A stretch of 32,155 nt of DNA from positions 1 through 32,155 of the IMG/VR virus record IMGVR_UViG_3300037465_000699. The stretch is one strand, 5' to 3'. This document shows, piece after piece, positions 8,251 to 17,669 of the stretch. Source of the DNA: a virus (Duplodnaviria > Caudoviricetes). Within the stretch, counting starts at the first letter, position 1. Each line of letters starts with the position of its first letter. Made by a program: the position numbers and the translations under genes. The notes under the pieces are model-generated. The model had not been told where the DNA came from. It was given only the letters and a program-made list of their open reading frames with translations, and searched no databases.

Positions 8251-8549
8251 TGCGCAAGCGCGCTGGGCGCTACGGCGAGCTCTGGCGCGACGACTGCGGC
8301 GACTGGCACTGGCACGTGCGCGGCGGCAATCATCGCAATATCTGCACCGCGGGCGAGGGTGTGCGGCGGCGCGCGCAGGCGATCCTGATGCTCGAACAGG
8401 CGATGGACGGATTCGGGGCGCAGTGTTGGATCGACCTGGGCGACGATCGCTGCAAACGCGCGAGTCCCGCTGGGTTAGGTGTCCGCAGGCACAGACTGCG
8501 GCACAATCCGCGCGGGAGGCGGGATGCTGGTCGCAGGAATCACGGATGA
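8250..8549 (+). CDS. DUF1508/YegP-like protein
   Basis: ELWRD..GDWHWHVRGGNHRNICTAGEG resembles the G.WRW.L.A.N..II..GEGY pattern; TGATG coupling. Confidence 0.5.
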   Translation: MRKRAGRYGELWRDDCGDWHWHVRGGNHRNICTAGEGVRRRAQAILMLEQAMDGFGAQCWIDLGDDRCKRASPAGLGVRRHRLRHNPRGRRDAGRRNHG

Positions 8550-9013
8550 CGATGACTCGGCTATATGCGCTGATGCTGGGTGTGTTTGTGATCGGCTTGT
8601 CGATCGCCAAGGGCGTGAAGTCCGATTCGCTGCCCCGTGAGAATCCTTTCGTGCTCGAGTTCGTGGCGCTCTACTGCCAGCCTGGCGATGAGTTCCGCGC
8701 GGTGATGCGCGTCGAGCCGGCGCAGGGGACGCGCCAGCGAATGTCGCGGCTGTACTTCGGCTGCAAGAGCCTCGAGACCCTTGGCACCACGACGTACTAC
8801 CTGGCGCTCAGCGCAGAGCAGGAAAAGCAGCTCCGATCACTCGGCAGCGCGATGTTGCGGACACGATCATGGGCGGCGCCGGTCAGGGTGGCGGCGGGTC
8901 CAGTGTACGAGACCACGGACCAGTGTGACCGCTGGTGGCTTTGGGCGGACGATGAGGGTAAGAGGGCGCCGGCGATGACGCGCGATGTGAAGCTGGCACG
9001 GGTTTGTGGCTGA
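8546..9013 (+). CDS. Hypothetical exported or membrane-anchored protein
   Basis: ATGA-coupled; N-terminal hydrophobic stretch LYALMLGVFVIGLSIA. Confidence 0.65.
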   Translation: MTMTRLYALMLGVFVIGLSIAKGVKSDSLPRENPFVLEFVALYCQPGDEFRAVMRVEPAQGTRQRMSRLYFGCKSLETLGTTTYYLALSAEQEKQLRSLGSAMLRTRSWAAPVRVAAGPVYETTDQCDRWWLWADDEGKRAPAMTRDVKLARVCG

Positions 9014-9287
9014 GTGGCGCATGGACGCTGACAGAGGGACCTCATGCGGCCGGCCCGCTGGTCACCTCGCGCAAGCGAAGGTGCGATACCCGGCAGCCTG
9101 CCCGGTCTGCGAGCAGCAATTTCTGTCCGCACGGCGAGCGCCCAAAGCGTGCAGTGATGCCTGTCGGCGCCGGCTAAAGTTCTGGAAGGCGAAGGGAGCG
9201 ATCAGGTTTCGCGTCAGGCTTAAGTCCATACGCACCCAATTGCGAGAGCTCGAGCGTGTGGGCGCAGCGCTCGGGTATGTCGTATGA
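9006..9287 (+). CDS. Zn-finger protein (CPVC...CSDAC) with basic helix; possible regulator
   Basis: CxxC-x13-CxxxC followed by RRR; sits at the early/late boundary. Confidence 0.6.
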   Translation: MAEWRMDADRGTSCGRPAGHLAQAKVRYPAACPVCEQQFLSARRAPKACSDACRRRLKFWKAKGAIRFRVRLKSIRTQLRELERVGAALGYVV

Positions 9288-9697
9288 GCGTCGCTGCGGC
9301 GGCTTCGATTGTGCGGCCGGGCGTGATGGCCTACCGCCGCACCGTGACGCAGCGCGAGACGCGCAGAATCGGGTTCGACTGGTCGCGGATGCTGCGCGGT
9401 GGGGATGCCCTGGATCTTTCGTCGTGGACGGGCAGCGACCAGCTCACGATTGCATCGCCGAGCGTGGTCGGCAGCGTGACGACTGTACTGGTGTCAGGCG
9501 GCTCGCCCGACTGCACCTACCTGCTCACGAACACGATTACGACCGAGGACGGCGAGACACGCCAGGCGGTGATCGAGCTGACCGTGGTCGCCGGCAACGA
9601 GGCCACGGGTGAGTTTTTCACCGGGCCTTACTATCTCGAGTGGGAGGATGGGGTCGCGCTCGAATGGGATGACGGTGAGGAGATTGAGCTCGCCTAG
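9284..9697 (+). CDS. Fibre-tail adaptor-like virion protein
   Basis: FDWS..L...D.L..SSW...TTVLVSGG...Y.LTNTITT..G pattern; C-terminal LEWEDG..LEWDDG repeat. Confidence 0.55.
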   Translation: MSVAAAASIVRPGVMAYRRTVTQRETRRIGFDWSRMLRGGDALDLSSWTGSDQLTIASPSVVGSVTTVLVSGGSPDCTYLLTNTITTEDGETRQAVIELTVVAGNEATGEFFTGPYYLEWEDGVALEWDDGEEIELA

Positions 9698-9714
9698 CGG
9701 CAGCGGAGAAGCGC

Positions 9715-10893
9715 ATGGGAAGGCAGATCAAAGACGCAGTGACTACTCGTGACGAGACGACCTTGCAGGCGACCGACTGGATCGTCGGCCAGGACGAGGA
9801 CGGCGGTACCGGGTCGGGATTCAAAGCGAGGCTCTCCGCGGTCGCGGCATGGTTGCGCACCAACATCGCCAATTTCTCGGCGTCCGTTGCCGGGACCGTG
9901 CCAGCCTCAGGTGGAGGGACGTCGAACTATCTGCGAGCTGATGGTTCGTGGGCACCGCCGCCGGGTAGCTCACTGAGCCTCGATGGGCTGACAGATGTCA
10001 CGATCACCACACCAGCGTCCGGGTCAGCGCTGATCTACAACGGATCGCAGTGGGTCAACGCCACCGTCGGACAGGCAACCCTGGCTGATGGTGCCGTATT
10101 GACCGCAAAGATCAACGACGACGCAGTCACATACGCCAAGCTGCAGAACGTCTCGGCCACCGACCGTATTCTCGGTCGACAGTCGTCAGGGGCTGGCGAT
10201 GTCGAGGAGCTCGTGTGCACCGCGGCCGGGCGCGCGCTGCTCGACGATGCCGATGCCTCCGCGCAGCGCACCACGCTGGGCCTCGGCAGCGCAGCGACTC
10301 AGTCATCCGCGACCTTCCAGGCTGCGGCCGAGAAGGGCGCGCCCAACGGTTACGCCGGCCTCGACTCGAGCGCGCTGGTGAGTAAAGCCCAGCTCGCTAC
10401 GGGCACGGCGAACAGCGCGACATATTTGCGCGGTGACGGTACGTGGGCTACGCCATCCGGCACGGTCGACTATGAAACAGGCAGTTTTTCGCCTTCCGCA
10501 GGTCCAGACAGCAATTGGCAAGGGTTTCCCGCGGGCGATGGCTTGCTATTGACTTTCAACTACGTGCGCGTGGGCGTGATGGTGACGATGTATTTGGGCG
10601 CTGCGCCTTCTCCGACGAAGTCCTCGACAGCCACCAGCTTTGAGCTGAACCCAGGCGTGATGCCGGCCGCCATTCGGCCCAGCGTCGCGCGACGAGTCGT
10701 CTGCAGCGGCCTTGTCAGCAGTGGCGTGACCGGGAGGCTGGGCTCGGTATTGGTGGGGACGGACGGAAAGATGACGTTCAATCTCGCCAAGGCTGTCACG
10801 TCGCCCGACGCAGTCGCCAGCAATGGTTCGTGGGAGGCCGATAGTCTCAGCAAGGGGCTCCAAACCATTTGGTGTATTACCTATGCGCTCTGA
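9715..10893 (+). CDS. Tail fibre protein
   Basis: Fibre motifs YLRADGSW / YLRGDGTW, LDGLTDV.I..P..G..L.YNG..W.N, AGRALLDDADA.AQR.TLGLGSAAT, KG.PNG.AGLD; distinct C-terminal beta domain. Confidence 0.8.
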   Translation: MGRQIKDAVTTRDETTLQATDWIVGQDEDGGTGSGFKARLSAVAAWLRTNIANFSASVAGTVPASGGGTSNYLRADGSWAPPPGSSLSLDGLTDVTITTPASGSALIYNGSQWVNATVGQATLADGAVLTAKINDDAVTYAKLQNVSATDRILGRQSSGAGDVEELVCTAAGRALLDDADASAQRTTLGLGSAATQSSATFQAAAEKGAPNGYAGLDSSALVSKAQLATGTANSATYLRGDGTWATPSGTVDYETGSFSPSAGPDSNWQGFPAGDGLLLTFNYVRVGVMVTMYLGAAPSPTKSSTATSFELNPGVMPAAIRPSVARRVVCSGLVSSGVTGRLGSVLVGTDGKMTFNLAKAVTSPDAVASNGSWEADSLSKGLQTIWCITYAL

Positions 10894-10912
10894 TTAGCGT
10901 GTGGGGTCGTAA

Positions 10913-12373
10913 GTGATGGCGCCTGGAGTCTCGATCGGGCTGGGGATATCGCAAGGTGGCCGATGGATCGGCCCGAGCACGCTCACGCCGACGAACTACG
11001 CCGCCACAGCGTTCGGTCGGGAGACCGGGGTCGGCGATTTCCCCGTCGACTGGCCGCCGGGCAGCACGACGCTGACGGCTGGTGACGCCGGGCACGGGTC
11101 AGTCAGTGGCAACGATAATCTGACGTGGGTCTACTGCCCCGTCGACTGGCCGATCGAGGCGCCGGTGCATTATGCAGAGTTCAAGGTGAGCATCGCATCG
11201 TTCCAGGCGGCGACGGCGCCATCGTGGCGGATTCGCGCGGTCAAACAGACCAGTCCAGAGCAGCCAGGGAGCGGGTCGATTGCGACTCATCCGTCGAGCA
11301 CCTATGGCTCGCCTGGCTGGACGACGGCCTACGGGCGGATGATAGGCGAGATCGGATCGACCGGTTACTACCGCGCCGACGTGACGGACGTCATCAACGA
11401 ACTGGCGGCATTGCCGGGCGGCACGGGGAACGCGGTGGTGCTGGTGCTCGAGCCTCAGGGCCCAGCCGCCACAGATACAGACACGACGTTCTACTCCGCC
11501 CAGCAGGTGCCGACGCTTAAAGTGTTTCGGTCGCTGGCCTCGCCCGACTATCAGCGTAAGGGTATCAGGCAAGGCCGGACCGCCTACTACTGGCCGTTCG
11601 ATGCAGGTGATATGCCGGCCCAGGGCGTCGCCTATAGCACCCAACGAGCGGTCATCGGAGGGCCGCTCGGGTACTACGATCAGACCATCGACCTGCTGGT
11701 GAGCGGATCACCAGCGTGGTCGATGGTGAGCGAGGCCAGCAGCTACGCCGGCCGCACCGTCATCGCCGCGCCAGGCGCAGCCTATGAGTTGACTCATCCG
11801 CCGGCCAGACGACTGTATGGTTACGACCTAGTCGGTGACGATGCGGATGTCAGCTACGCCTGGCCGGTCAACTTCCAGGCCAAGAGCTATCTCCTCGTCA
11901 ACCAGACAGTGCAGCTTGCTCCCGGCCAAGTGGGATTTTGGTGGATGGATTTGCTAGCCGAATACGGGTGGCATATTAGCTTCGGTGATGGAGGTTTTGA
12001 GGCGCAGCTCTCGAGCGGTGCGCCAGTGATTCTGCCGCCGCCAGCGGCCTATTACGACCAGGTCGGTGCGATCAAGACACACGTTTGGTATTGGGACAGA
12101 AACACGCTGCTGTGGCATCAGGGCTATCACAACGGCAACCCGGCGGTGGGATGGGTTTGGTCGAATTACCTATGGTCAGGTGCGATCGCTAGTACGGCGC
12201 CTGGCAGTGGCTTCGGGGTCGCGAACGACCAGGTTCGGCAGGGCGTGTTCATGACCGAGTTCTCCACCACCAGACGTCTCGACGAGATCAAGCAGGCGTG
12301 TGAGCGCGCCCGCGCGCTCTGGTCGGCGGGCGTCAAAGCGATCCCGCCGATACTGTACGTACTGGATGCATGA
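10913..12373 (+). CDS. Virion fibre/adhesin, possibly head-spike fibre
   Basis: N-terminal VSIGLGI motif; aromatic-rich, beta-type body; codon use differs from the core genes. Confidence 0.5.
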   Translation: MMAPGVSIGLGISQGGRWIGPSTLTPTNYAATAFGRETGVGDFPVDWPPGSTTLTAGDAGHGSVSGNDNLTWVYCPVDWPIEAPVHYAEFKVSIASFQAATAPSWRIRAVKQTSPEQPGSGSIATHPSSTYGSPGWTTAYGRMIGEIGSTGYYRADVTDVINELAALPGGTGNAVVLVLEPQGPAATDTDTTFYSAQQVPTLKVFRSLASPDYQRKGIRQGRTAYYWPFDAGDMPAQGVAYSTQRAVIGGPLGYYDQTIDLLVSGSPAWSMVSEASSYAGRTVIAAPGAAYELTHPPARRLYGYDLVGDDADVSYAWPVNFQAKSYLLVNQTVQLAPGQVGFWWMDLLAEYGWHISFGDGGFEAQLSSGAPVILPPPAAYYDQVGAIKTHVWYWDRNTLLWHQGYHNGNPAVGWVWSNYLWSGAIASTAPGSGFGVANDQVRQGVFMTEFSTTRRLDEIKQACERARALWSAGVKAIPPILYVLDA

Positions 12374-12388
12374 ACGACAACGAAATGT

Positions 12389-12628
12389 ATGAACGAGCAG
12401 TGTAATGGGTACGTCTCGGAGATTTACGCGAAGCTGCGCGAGCGCCACGTTCGCCGTCTGGTGTGCAGTCGGCAGACGTTCACCGACTTCCTTGACTACC
12501 CGCAGCTCGTCGCTGGCCCCTGGGACTGGACCATTGCCGATGGCACACCGTACGGGCGCGCGAAGCTCATCGGCCCGGACGGCACCGTGATCGGCACGAT
12601 GACCTGCTCTACACTGGCGATGAACTGA
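12389..12628 (+). CDS. Hypothetical protein
   Basis: Fills the gap before terS in the same orientation. Confidence 0.55.
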   Translation: MNEQCNGYVSEIYAKLRERHVRRLVCSRQTFTDFLDYPQLVAGPWDWTIADGTPYGRAKLIGPDGTVIGTMTCSTLAMN

Positions 12629-12630
12629 CG

Positions 12631-13104
12631 ATGAGCGCTTACCACAAGCTGACCGAAAAACAGCGACGATTCGTCGATCTGTACGTGGTCAGCCTCAACG
12701 GGACGCAGGCGGCGAGAGAGGCCGGCTACGGTCCCGTCCGGGCCGACGTAGCGGCGGCTCGGCTAAAGGGCAGGCCGCTAGTGCGGGCAGCCATCGCTGA
12801 GCGCCAGGTCAGCCGGCGTGAAGACGCCGAGCTGAACGCGGAATGGGTACTGGAACGCCTGCGGGCCATCGTAGAGCGATGTATGCAGGCCGAACCGGCG
12901 CGCGAGCGCTTCGGCAAGCCCACCGGCGAATGGAAGTTTGACGCGGCGGGCGCTGCCCGCGCGCTGGAACTGATCGGCCGACATCTCGCGATGTTTACCG
13001 ACAACGTCAACCTCCGCGATCTTGACAAATTGGCAGACGATGAACTTGACCGCCGCATCGCCGAGCTCCAGCGCCAAGCGGGATCTGTTACGGCTACTCA
13101 CTGA
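12631..13104 (+). CDS. terS: Terminase small subunit
   Basis: LTEKQRRFVDLY...NGTQAAREAGY...ALELIGRHLAMFTD. Confidence 0.93.
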   Translation: MSAYHKLTEKQRRFVDLYVVSLNGTQAAREAGYGPVRADVAAARLKGRPLVRAAIAERQVSRREDAELNAEWVLERLRAIVERCMQAEPARERFGKPTGEWKFDAAGAARALELIGRHLAMFTDNVNLRDLDKLADDELDRRIAELQRQAGSVTATH

Positions 13105-13768
13105 GCGCAATCGCCGTGGTCGCCTGCGCAAGCTCTGGACGTACTACCCCGACTCGGGACCGCTGCGTCGCGAGCTCTACCCGAAACACATGGAGTTTTT
13201 CAAGAACGGGCGCGAACACCATGAACGTCTCTTCCTCGCTGCCAACCGCGTCGGCAAGACCGAGGGGGCCGGCGGGTTTGAGCTCACGCTGCATCTCACC
13301 GGTCTGTACCCGGACTGGTGGCCAGGCTACCGGTTCAGTCGGCCGATTCATGCGTGGGCGGCTGGGGCGACGAGCGAGACGGTGCGTGACATCGTTCAGG
13401 CGAAGCTGCTCGGTCCGACGGACGACATTGGCACAGGGCTTATTCCGGGCGCGTGCGTCGGGCGGATGCGGCCGAAGGCTGGCGTGGCCGATGCGATTGA
13501 CACGGTTATGGTTCGCCATGTGTCAGGCAGCGATTCGATGCTCAAGTTCAAGAGCTACGATCAGGGACGTCGATCCTTTGAAGGCACAGAGCGCGACGTC
13601 ATCTGGCTCGACGAGGAGCCGCCGCTCGACATTTACAGCGAATGCGTCATTCGCACGGCCGCGACCAGGCCGGGCGAGCGCGGCGGCATGATTCTCGCCA
13701 CCTTCACGCCGCTGCAGGGGATGAGCGAGACCGTGCTGTATTTCCTGCCTGACGGGTTGACGCCATGA
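13040..13768 (+). CDS. terL: Terminase large subunit, ATPase part (P22 gp2-like); alternative start 13022
   Basis: Walker A AANRVGKT, Walker B IWLDEE, coupling motif TFTP. Confidence 0.92.
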   Translation: MNLTAASPSSSAKRDLLRLLTERNRRGRLRKLWTYYPDSGPLRRELYPKHMEFFKNGREHHERLFLAANRVGKTEGAGGFELTLHLTGLYPDWWPGYRFSRPIHAWAAGATSETVRDIVQAKLLGPTDDIGTGLIPGACVGRMRPKAGVADAIDTVMVRHVSGSDSMLKFKSYDQGRRSFEGTERDVIWLDEEPPLDIYSECVIRTAATRPGERGGMILATFTPLQGMSETVLYFLPDGLTP

Positions 13769-14502
13769 GCAAAGCCGTGACGATGGCGGGCTGGGACGAT
13801 GTGCCGCATCTCACGCAGGCCGAGCGCCAGCGCCTGCTGGCGGCCACGCCACCGCATCTGCGCGAGGCCAGGTCAAGGGGCATCCCATCGCTCGGCTCCG
13901 GGGCGATCTATCCGATCGCGCTGGATGACGTGGTGGTCGATGATTTCCCGCTCCCGCGGCACTGGCCGCGAGGCTACGGCATGGACGTCGGCTGGAAGGC
14001 CACGGCGCAGCTCTGCGGCGCGTGGGACCGTGACGGCGATGTCATTTACGCCTATCGCGAATATCGGCGCGGGCAGGCGGAGCCGGCGATACATGCCGCG
14101 GCGATCAAGGCGGCTGGCGCGGAGCTCATCGGGGCGATTGATCCGGCCGCGAGGGGCCGCAGCCAGCGCGACGGTAAGCAGCTCATCGCCGACTACGAGG
14201 AGCTCGGTCTGCGCCTGGTGCCAGCCAAGAACGCCGTCGAGGCCGGGCTTTTCACGGTGTGGGAGCGGTTGAGCACCGGCCGGCTCAAGCTCTTTCGCTC
14301 GCTCGTGCAGACCGCGGCCGAGTTCCGTTTGTACCGGCGCGACGAGCGTGGCGCCGTCGTCAAGGAAAACGATCACCTGATGGACTGCCTGCGGTATCTG
14401 GTGGCCACCAAGGACGACGTGATGATCTGGCAGGGCGAGCCACAGCCGGATAGTCAACGCCGCTCGAGGGCGGCAGGCGAGGGCGCATGGATGCAGTACT
14501 GA
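13765..14502 (+). CDS. terL: Terminase large subunit, C-terminal/nuclease part
   Basis: WDDVPHL, GMDVG, IDPA and NDHLMDCLRY RNase H-like motifs; ATGA overlap with the ATPase ORF. Confidence 0.92.
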   Translation: MSKAVTMAGWDDVPHLTQAERQRLLAATPPHLREARSRGIPSLGSGAIYPIALDDVVVDDFPLPRHWPRGYGMDVGWKATAQLCGAWDRDGDVIYAYREYRRGQAEPAIHAAAIKAAGAELIGAIDPAARGRSQRDGKQLIADYEELGLRLVPAKNAVEAGLFTVWERLSTGRLKLFRSLVQTAAEFRLYRRDERGAVVKENDHLMDCLRYLVATKDDVMIWQGEPQPDSQRRSRAAGEGAWMQY

Positions 14503-16559
14503 GCGAGGCCGATCGCGGCGGGGACACCCTGGACGAGCGCGACCAGCACGCCGAACTGGTCGTCGAGGCGCGCGAACAGGCGCGCGAGGCCGAGTCAGTC
14601 TGGTCGTCGCTCTACGCCGACGCCGAGCGAGACGTCAAGTTCCGCGCGGGAGATGCCCAGTGGCCAGACGACGTGCGGTCGGCTCTCGGCGCCGAGCGCG
14701 TCATGCTCACGATCAATCAACTGCCGAAGTTCGAGCGCCAGGTCCTCGGCGACGGCAAACAGAACCGGCTGAACATCAAGGTGCGGCCGATCGAGGGCAA
14801 TATCGCCCCGGCTGCGCTGCCCAATTTGGCCGGCACACGCGACTACACCTACGCGGAGATCATGGAAGGGATCATCCGCAACATTCAGGCGCTCTCCAAA
14901 GCGGAGCGAGCCTACGACAAGGCGCTCGAGCATTGCGTGCGCGGTGGTTTCGGTTGGCTACGCGTCATCAAGCGCTACGCGCGCCCGGACGGCTTCGAGC
15001 AGGAGCTGGTCATCCAGGCGGTACGTAATCCATGCTCCGTCATGGTCGATCCGACCGGCATGATGGACAATGAGCCGGACTTCTCGGCCGCCGGCTACGC
15101 CTTCATTTTCGTCGATCTCCCGAGGCGTGCGGCCGAGCGGCGATTCAGGGCCATCTCAGACATCGACTCGCTACCGGCGCAGTCCCGCTCATTCTGGGCG
15201 AGCGGCGATACGGTGCGCGTCGCCGAATATTTCCGGGTCGATACTGAAGCCCAGCGTTATGTGCAGCTCACCAACGGCGCCGTCATGCGGCTCCACGAGT
15301 TCATGGCCGTGCGCGAGGATCTCCTCGCGCAGCGAATCGCTGTGCATCGCGAAAAAACCGGGTATTGTCGCAAGGTGTCGTGGTCGCTGATCGACGGTGG
15401 TCGGCTGCTCGAGGGGCCGTACCCCTGGGATGGCGGCTATATCCCGCTGGCGCCTGTGCTCGGCCCGGAGATCATCGTCGACGGACGGGTGCGCTACGAG
15501 TCGCTACACCGCCACGCGCGCGATGCGCAGCGCATGTATAACTACTGGCGCTCCGCCGCGACTGAGGTCGTAGCGCTCGCCCCTAAGGCACCGTGGCTGG
15601 CCGATGCGACGTCAGTGTCTGGCTTTGAGGCCGATTACACGGCCGCCAGCGAGGGGCCGCGTACGCTGCTCAAGTATCGTTACCGCGAAGGTGTGCCGCC
15701 GCCGCAGCGGGTGCAGTCGGCCAACAATCCGGCCGCCGAGATCGCGCAGGCGCTGCAGGCGAATGACGACATCAAGAACACCATTGGGCTGTTCGACGCC
15801 TCGCTCGGCGCGAGGTCAAACGAGACCAGCGGCCGAGCGATCATGTTGCGCCAGAGGGAGGGGGACGTCGGAACTTTCGAGTGGCACGACGCGCTCGCCA
15901 AGGCGGTCGAGCACGTCGGCCGCATTCTCGTCGACATGATTCCGAATGTCTATGACACCGATCGGATCATCCGGATCAAAACCACGCAGGACGCCGAGGA
16001 CTTCGTGCGCATCAACTACCAGGCGCAGATCTCCGGCAAGGACGGCCAGCCGACACTCGTGAAAGCCGATCTCGGCGCGCAGCGCTACGACATCAGCGTA
16101 TCGACCGGCCCGAGCATGACGACGCAGCGCATGGAGGCGGCCGCTGCCATGCTCGACTTGCTCACGCCGCTCGCCACCGCCGCCCCACAGGCGGTTATCG
16201 CCATCGTCGACAAGATCGTCTCGAACATGGACTGGCCGGGGGCCGACGACATCGCCGCCAGACTTCGCAAGCTCGTGCCGCCCCAACTGCTGGAACCGGC
16301 TGAGCGCGATGCAATGAATGCCCAGGGCCAGGCTGATCCGCAGGCGGCTGAAGCCGCGCAGGCTGAGCAGAGGGCGCGCGACGTCGAGCTCGAGGCCAGA
16401 CTCAAAGACGCAACCGCAAAGCTGATGGCCGCCGAGGCGAAGCTCGCCGAGGCCAAGGCGCTCGCTCCAGAAAAGGTGAAGGAATACGTCGCGCAGGCGA
16501 TCGCCGAGATCATGCAAGCGGCCGCGACGGGGCGAAACGCGCTACCGCCTCCGCAATAG
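14487..16559 (+). CDS. Portal protein (P22 gp1-like)
   Basis: F..G.QW, LTIN.L, G.GW.RV, DAQRMYN, SNETSG.AI..RQ..G, YD..V.TGPS..TQR; C-terminal coiled coil. Confidence 0.93.
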   Translation: MDAVLSEADRGGDTLDERDQHAELVVEAREQAREAESVWSSLYADAERDVKFRAGDAQWPDDVRSALGAERVMLTINQLPKFERQVLGDGKQNRLNIKVRPIEGNIAPAALPNLAGTRDYTYAEIMEGIIRNIQALSKAERAYDKALEHCVRGGFGWLRVIKRYARPDGFEQELVIQAVRNPCSVMVDPTGMMDNEPDFSAAGYAFIFVDLPRRAAERRFRAISDIDSLPAQSRSFWASGDTVRVAEYFRVDTEAQRYVQLTNGAVMRLHEFMAVREDLLAQRIAVHREKTGYCRKVSWSLIDGGRLLEGPYPWDGGYIPLAPVLGPEIIVDGRVRYESLHRHARDAQRMYNYWRSAATEVVALAPKAPWLADATSVSGFEADYTAASEGPRTLLKYRYREGVPPPQRVQSANNPAAEIAQALQANDDIKNTIGLFDASLGARSNETSGRAIMLRQREGDVGTFEWHDALAKAVEHVGRILVDMIPNVYDTDRIIRIKTTQDAEDFVRINYQAQISGKDGQPTLVKADLGAQRYDISVSTGPSMTTQRMEAAAAMLDLLTPLATAAPQAVIAIVDKIVSNMDWPGADDIAARLRKLVPPQLLEPAERDAMNAQGQADPQAAEAAQAEQRARDVELEARLKDATAKLMAAEAKLAEAKALAPEKVKEYVAQAIAEIMQAAATGRNALPPPQ

Positions 16560-16588
16560 AGGTTTTTCGTGGAAGAGGGACGACGACA

Positions 16589-17626
16589 GTGACAGACTCA
16601 ACGCCGGACGATGACAAGGGCGTCGCCGAATCGGTGACCGTAACCGAGGAGGAGACCGGGGACAGCACCCGCGCGCCCTTGCCGGATACGGAAGCGACCC
16701 CTGCAGCCACCCAAGAGCAGGGCCAGGAGAAGGCGACCGACCCGACGGCTGACTCCAAGGCCGCCGGCAAGGACACCGAAGAACCTGCTTCGGGCGACAG
16801 CGCCGAACTCGAGCCGGATGCCGGTGCTCGGCGGGGGAAATCCCCGCAAATGCGCATCAATACCCTCACGCGACGATTGCGCGAGTCGGAGACGGAGGCC
16901 GCATATCTGCGGGGCCGGCTCGAGGCGCTGGAAGGCAAGGGGAAACCTGAGCCGACCGGAGGGACTGAGGCAGAGACGGACGACGGTCGCCCGAAGATAG
17001 ACGACTTCGACACTGCGGAAGAATTCGCGGACGCCCTGGCCGACTGGAAGCTCGAACACCGCGAGCGGCAGCCGGCCGGCAAAGAGCCGAATGGCTCGCA
17101 GGCGAGCACCCCGCGCGATGTCGGCGCAGCCCGGCAGCCAACACCAGCAGAAGTCGAGTCCTACAAGGCGGCCGCCGCGAAGTACGAGGATCTCGAGGAG
17201 GTCCTCTTCGACCCGGAACTGCCGTGGACGAAGCACATGGCCGATGCCGTGAGCGAGGAACAGGATGCGGCTGAGATGCTGTACCTGTTGGGTAAGAACC
17301 CAGCCGAGCTCGAGCGCATTTCCAGGCTGTCGCCCAAGGCTCAGGAGCGTGAGGTCTGGCGGTTCGTGGACAGAACGCGCGCCGAGCGCGCCGCGGCAGG
17401 CAATACCCCGGGCGGAAACCCGGCAGGCCGAGCTGATGGCAGCGCAGACGCGACGCCACGAGCCAAGGCGCAACCTGGGTCGCAAGTGTCCAGAGCAGCG
17501 CCGGTGCCGGGCACGTCCCTGAGCGGTAGCTCAGCGGCGGTTTCCCGTCGGCTCGAGGACATGACCGACGAGGAATACGTCGAGGAAATGAACCGCAGGG
17601 AAGCCGCAAGGATGCGCCGCGCCTGA
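16589..17626 (+). CDS. Scaffolding protein
   Basis: Acidic disordered N-terminus; RI..LT, PK.DDF, LY.LG.NP, APVP; C-terminal MTDEEY..R; lies between portal and coat. Confidence 0.85.
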   Translation: MTDSTPDDDKGVAESVTVTEEETGDSTRAPLPDTEATPAATQEQGQEKATDPTADSKAAGKDTEEPASGDSAELEPDAGARRGKSPQMRINTLTRRLRESETEAAYLRGRLEALEGKGKPEPTGGTEAETDDGRPKIDDFDTAEEFADALADWKLEHRERQPAGKEPNGSQASTPRDVGAARQPTPAEVESYKAAAAKYEDLEEVLFDPELPWTKHMADAVSEEQDAAEMLYLLGKNPAELERISRLSPKAQEREVWRFVDRTRAERAAAGNTPGGNPAGRADGSADATPRAKAQPGSQVSRAAPVPGTSLSGSSAAVSRRLEDMTDEEYVEEMNRREAARMRRA

Positions 17627-17669
17627 TTTCTGACGCTCGCGGCCCGACAGCTCAAAGGAGCATCGGGCT

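Noticed and set aside
8093-8545. N-terminal extension of track ORF 8093..9013, and similar extensions of 487..1146, 977..1567, 21328..22233 and 30422..30772
   Set aside because: They overlap better-supported genes; coupled or RBS-bearing internal starts explain the real proteins.
1810-13550. 44-bp repeat as a DGR template/variable pair, CRISPR spacer or invertase site
   Set aside because: Copies are identical with no adenine-specific changes. I saw no reverse transcriptase, flanking direct repeats or invertase, and an inversion would break terL.
16547-16568. Possible terminator after the portal gene
   Set aside because: Only about a 5-bp weak stem before the T-run; insufficient support.
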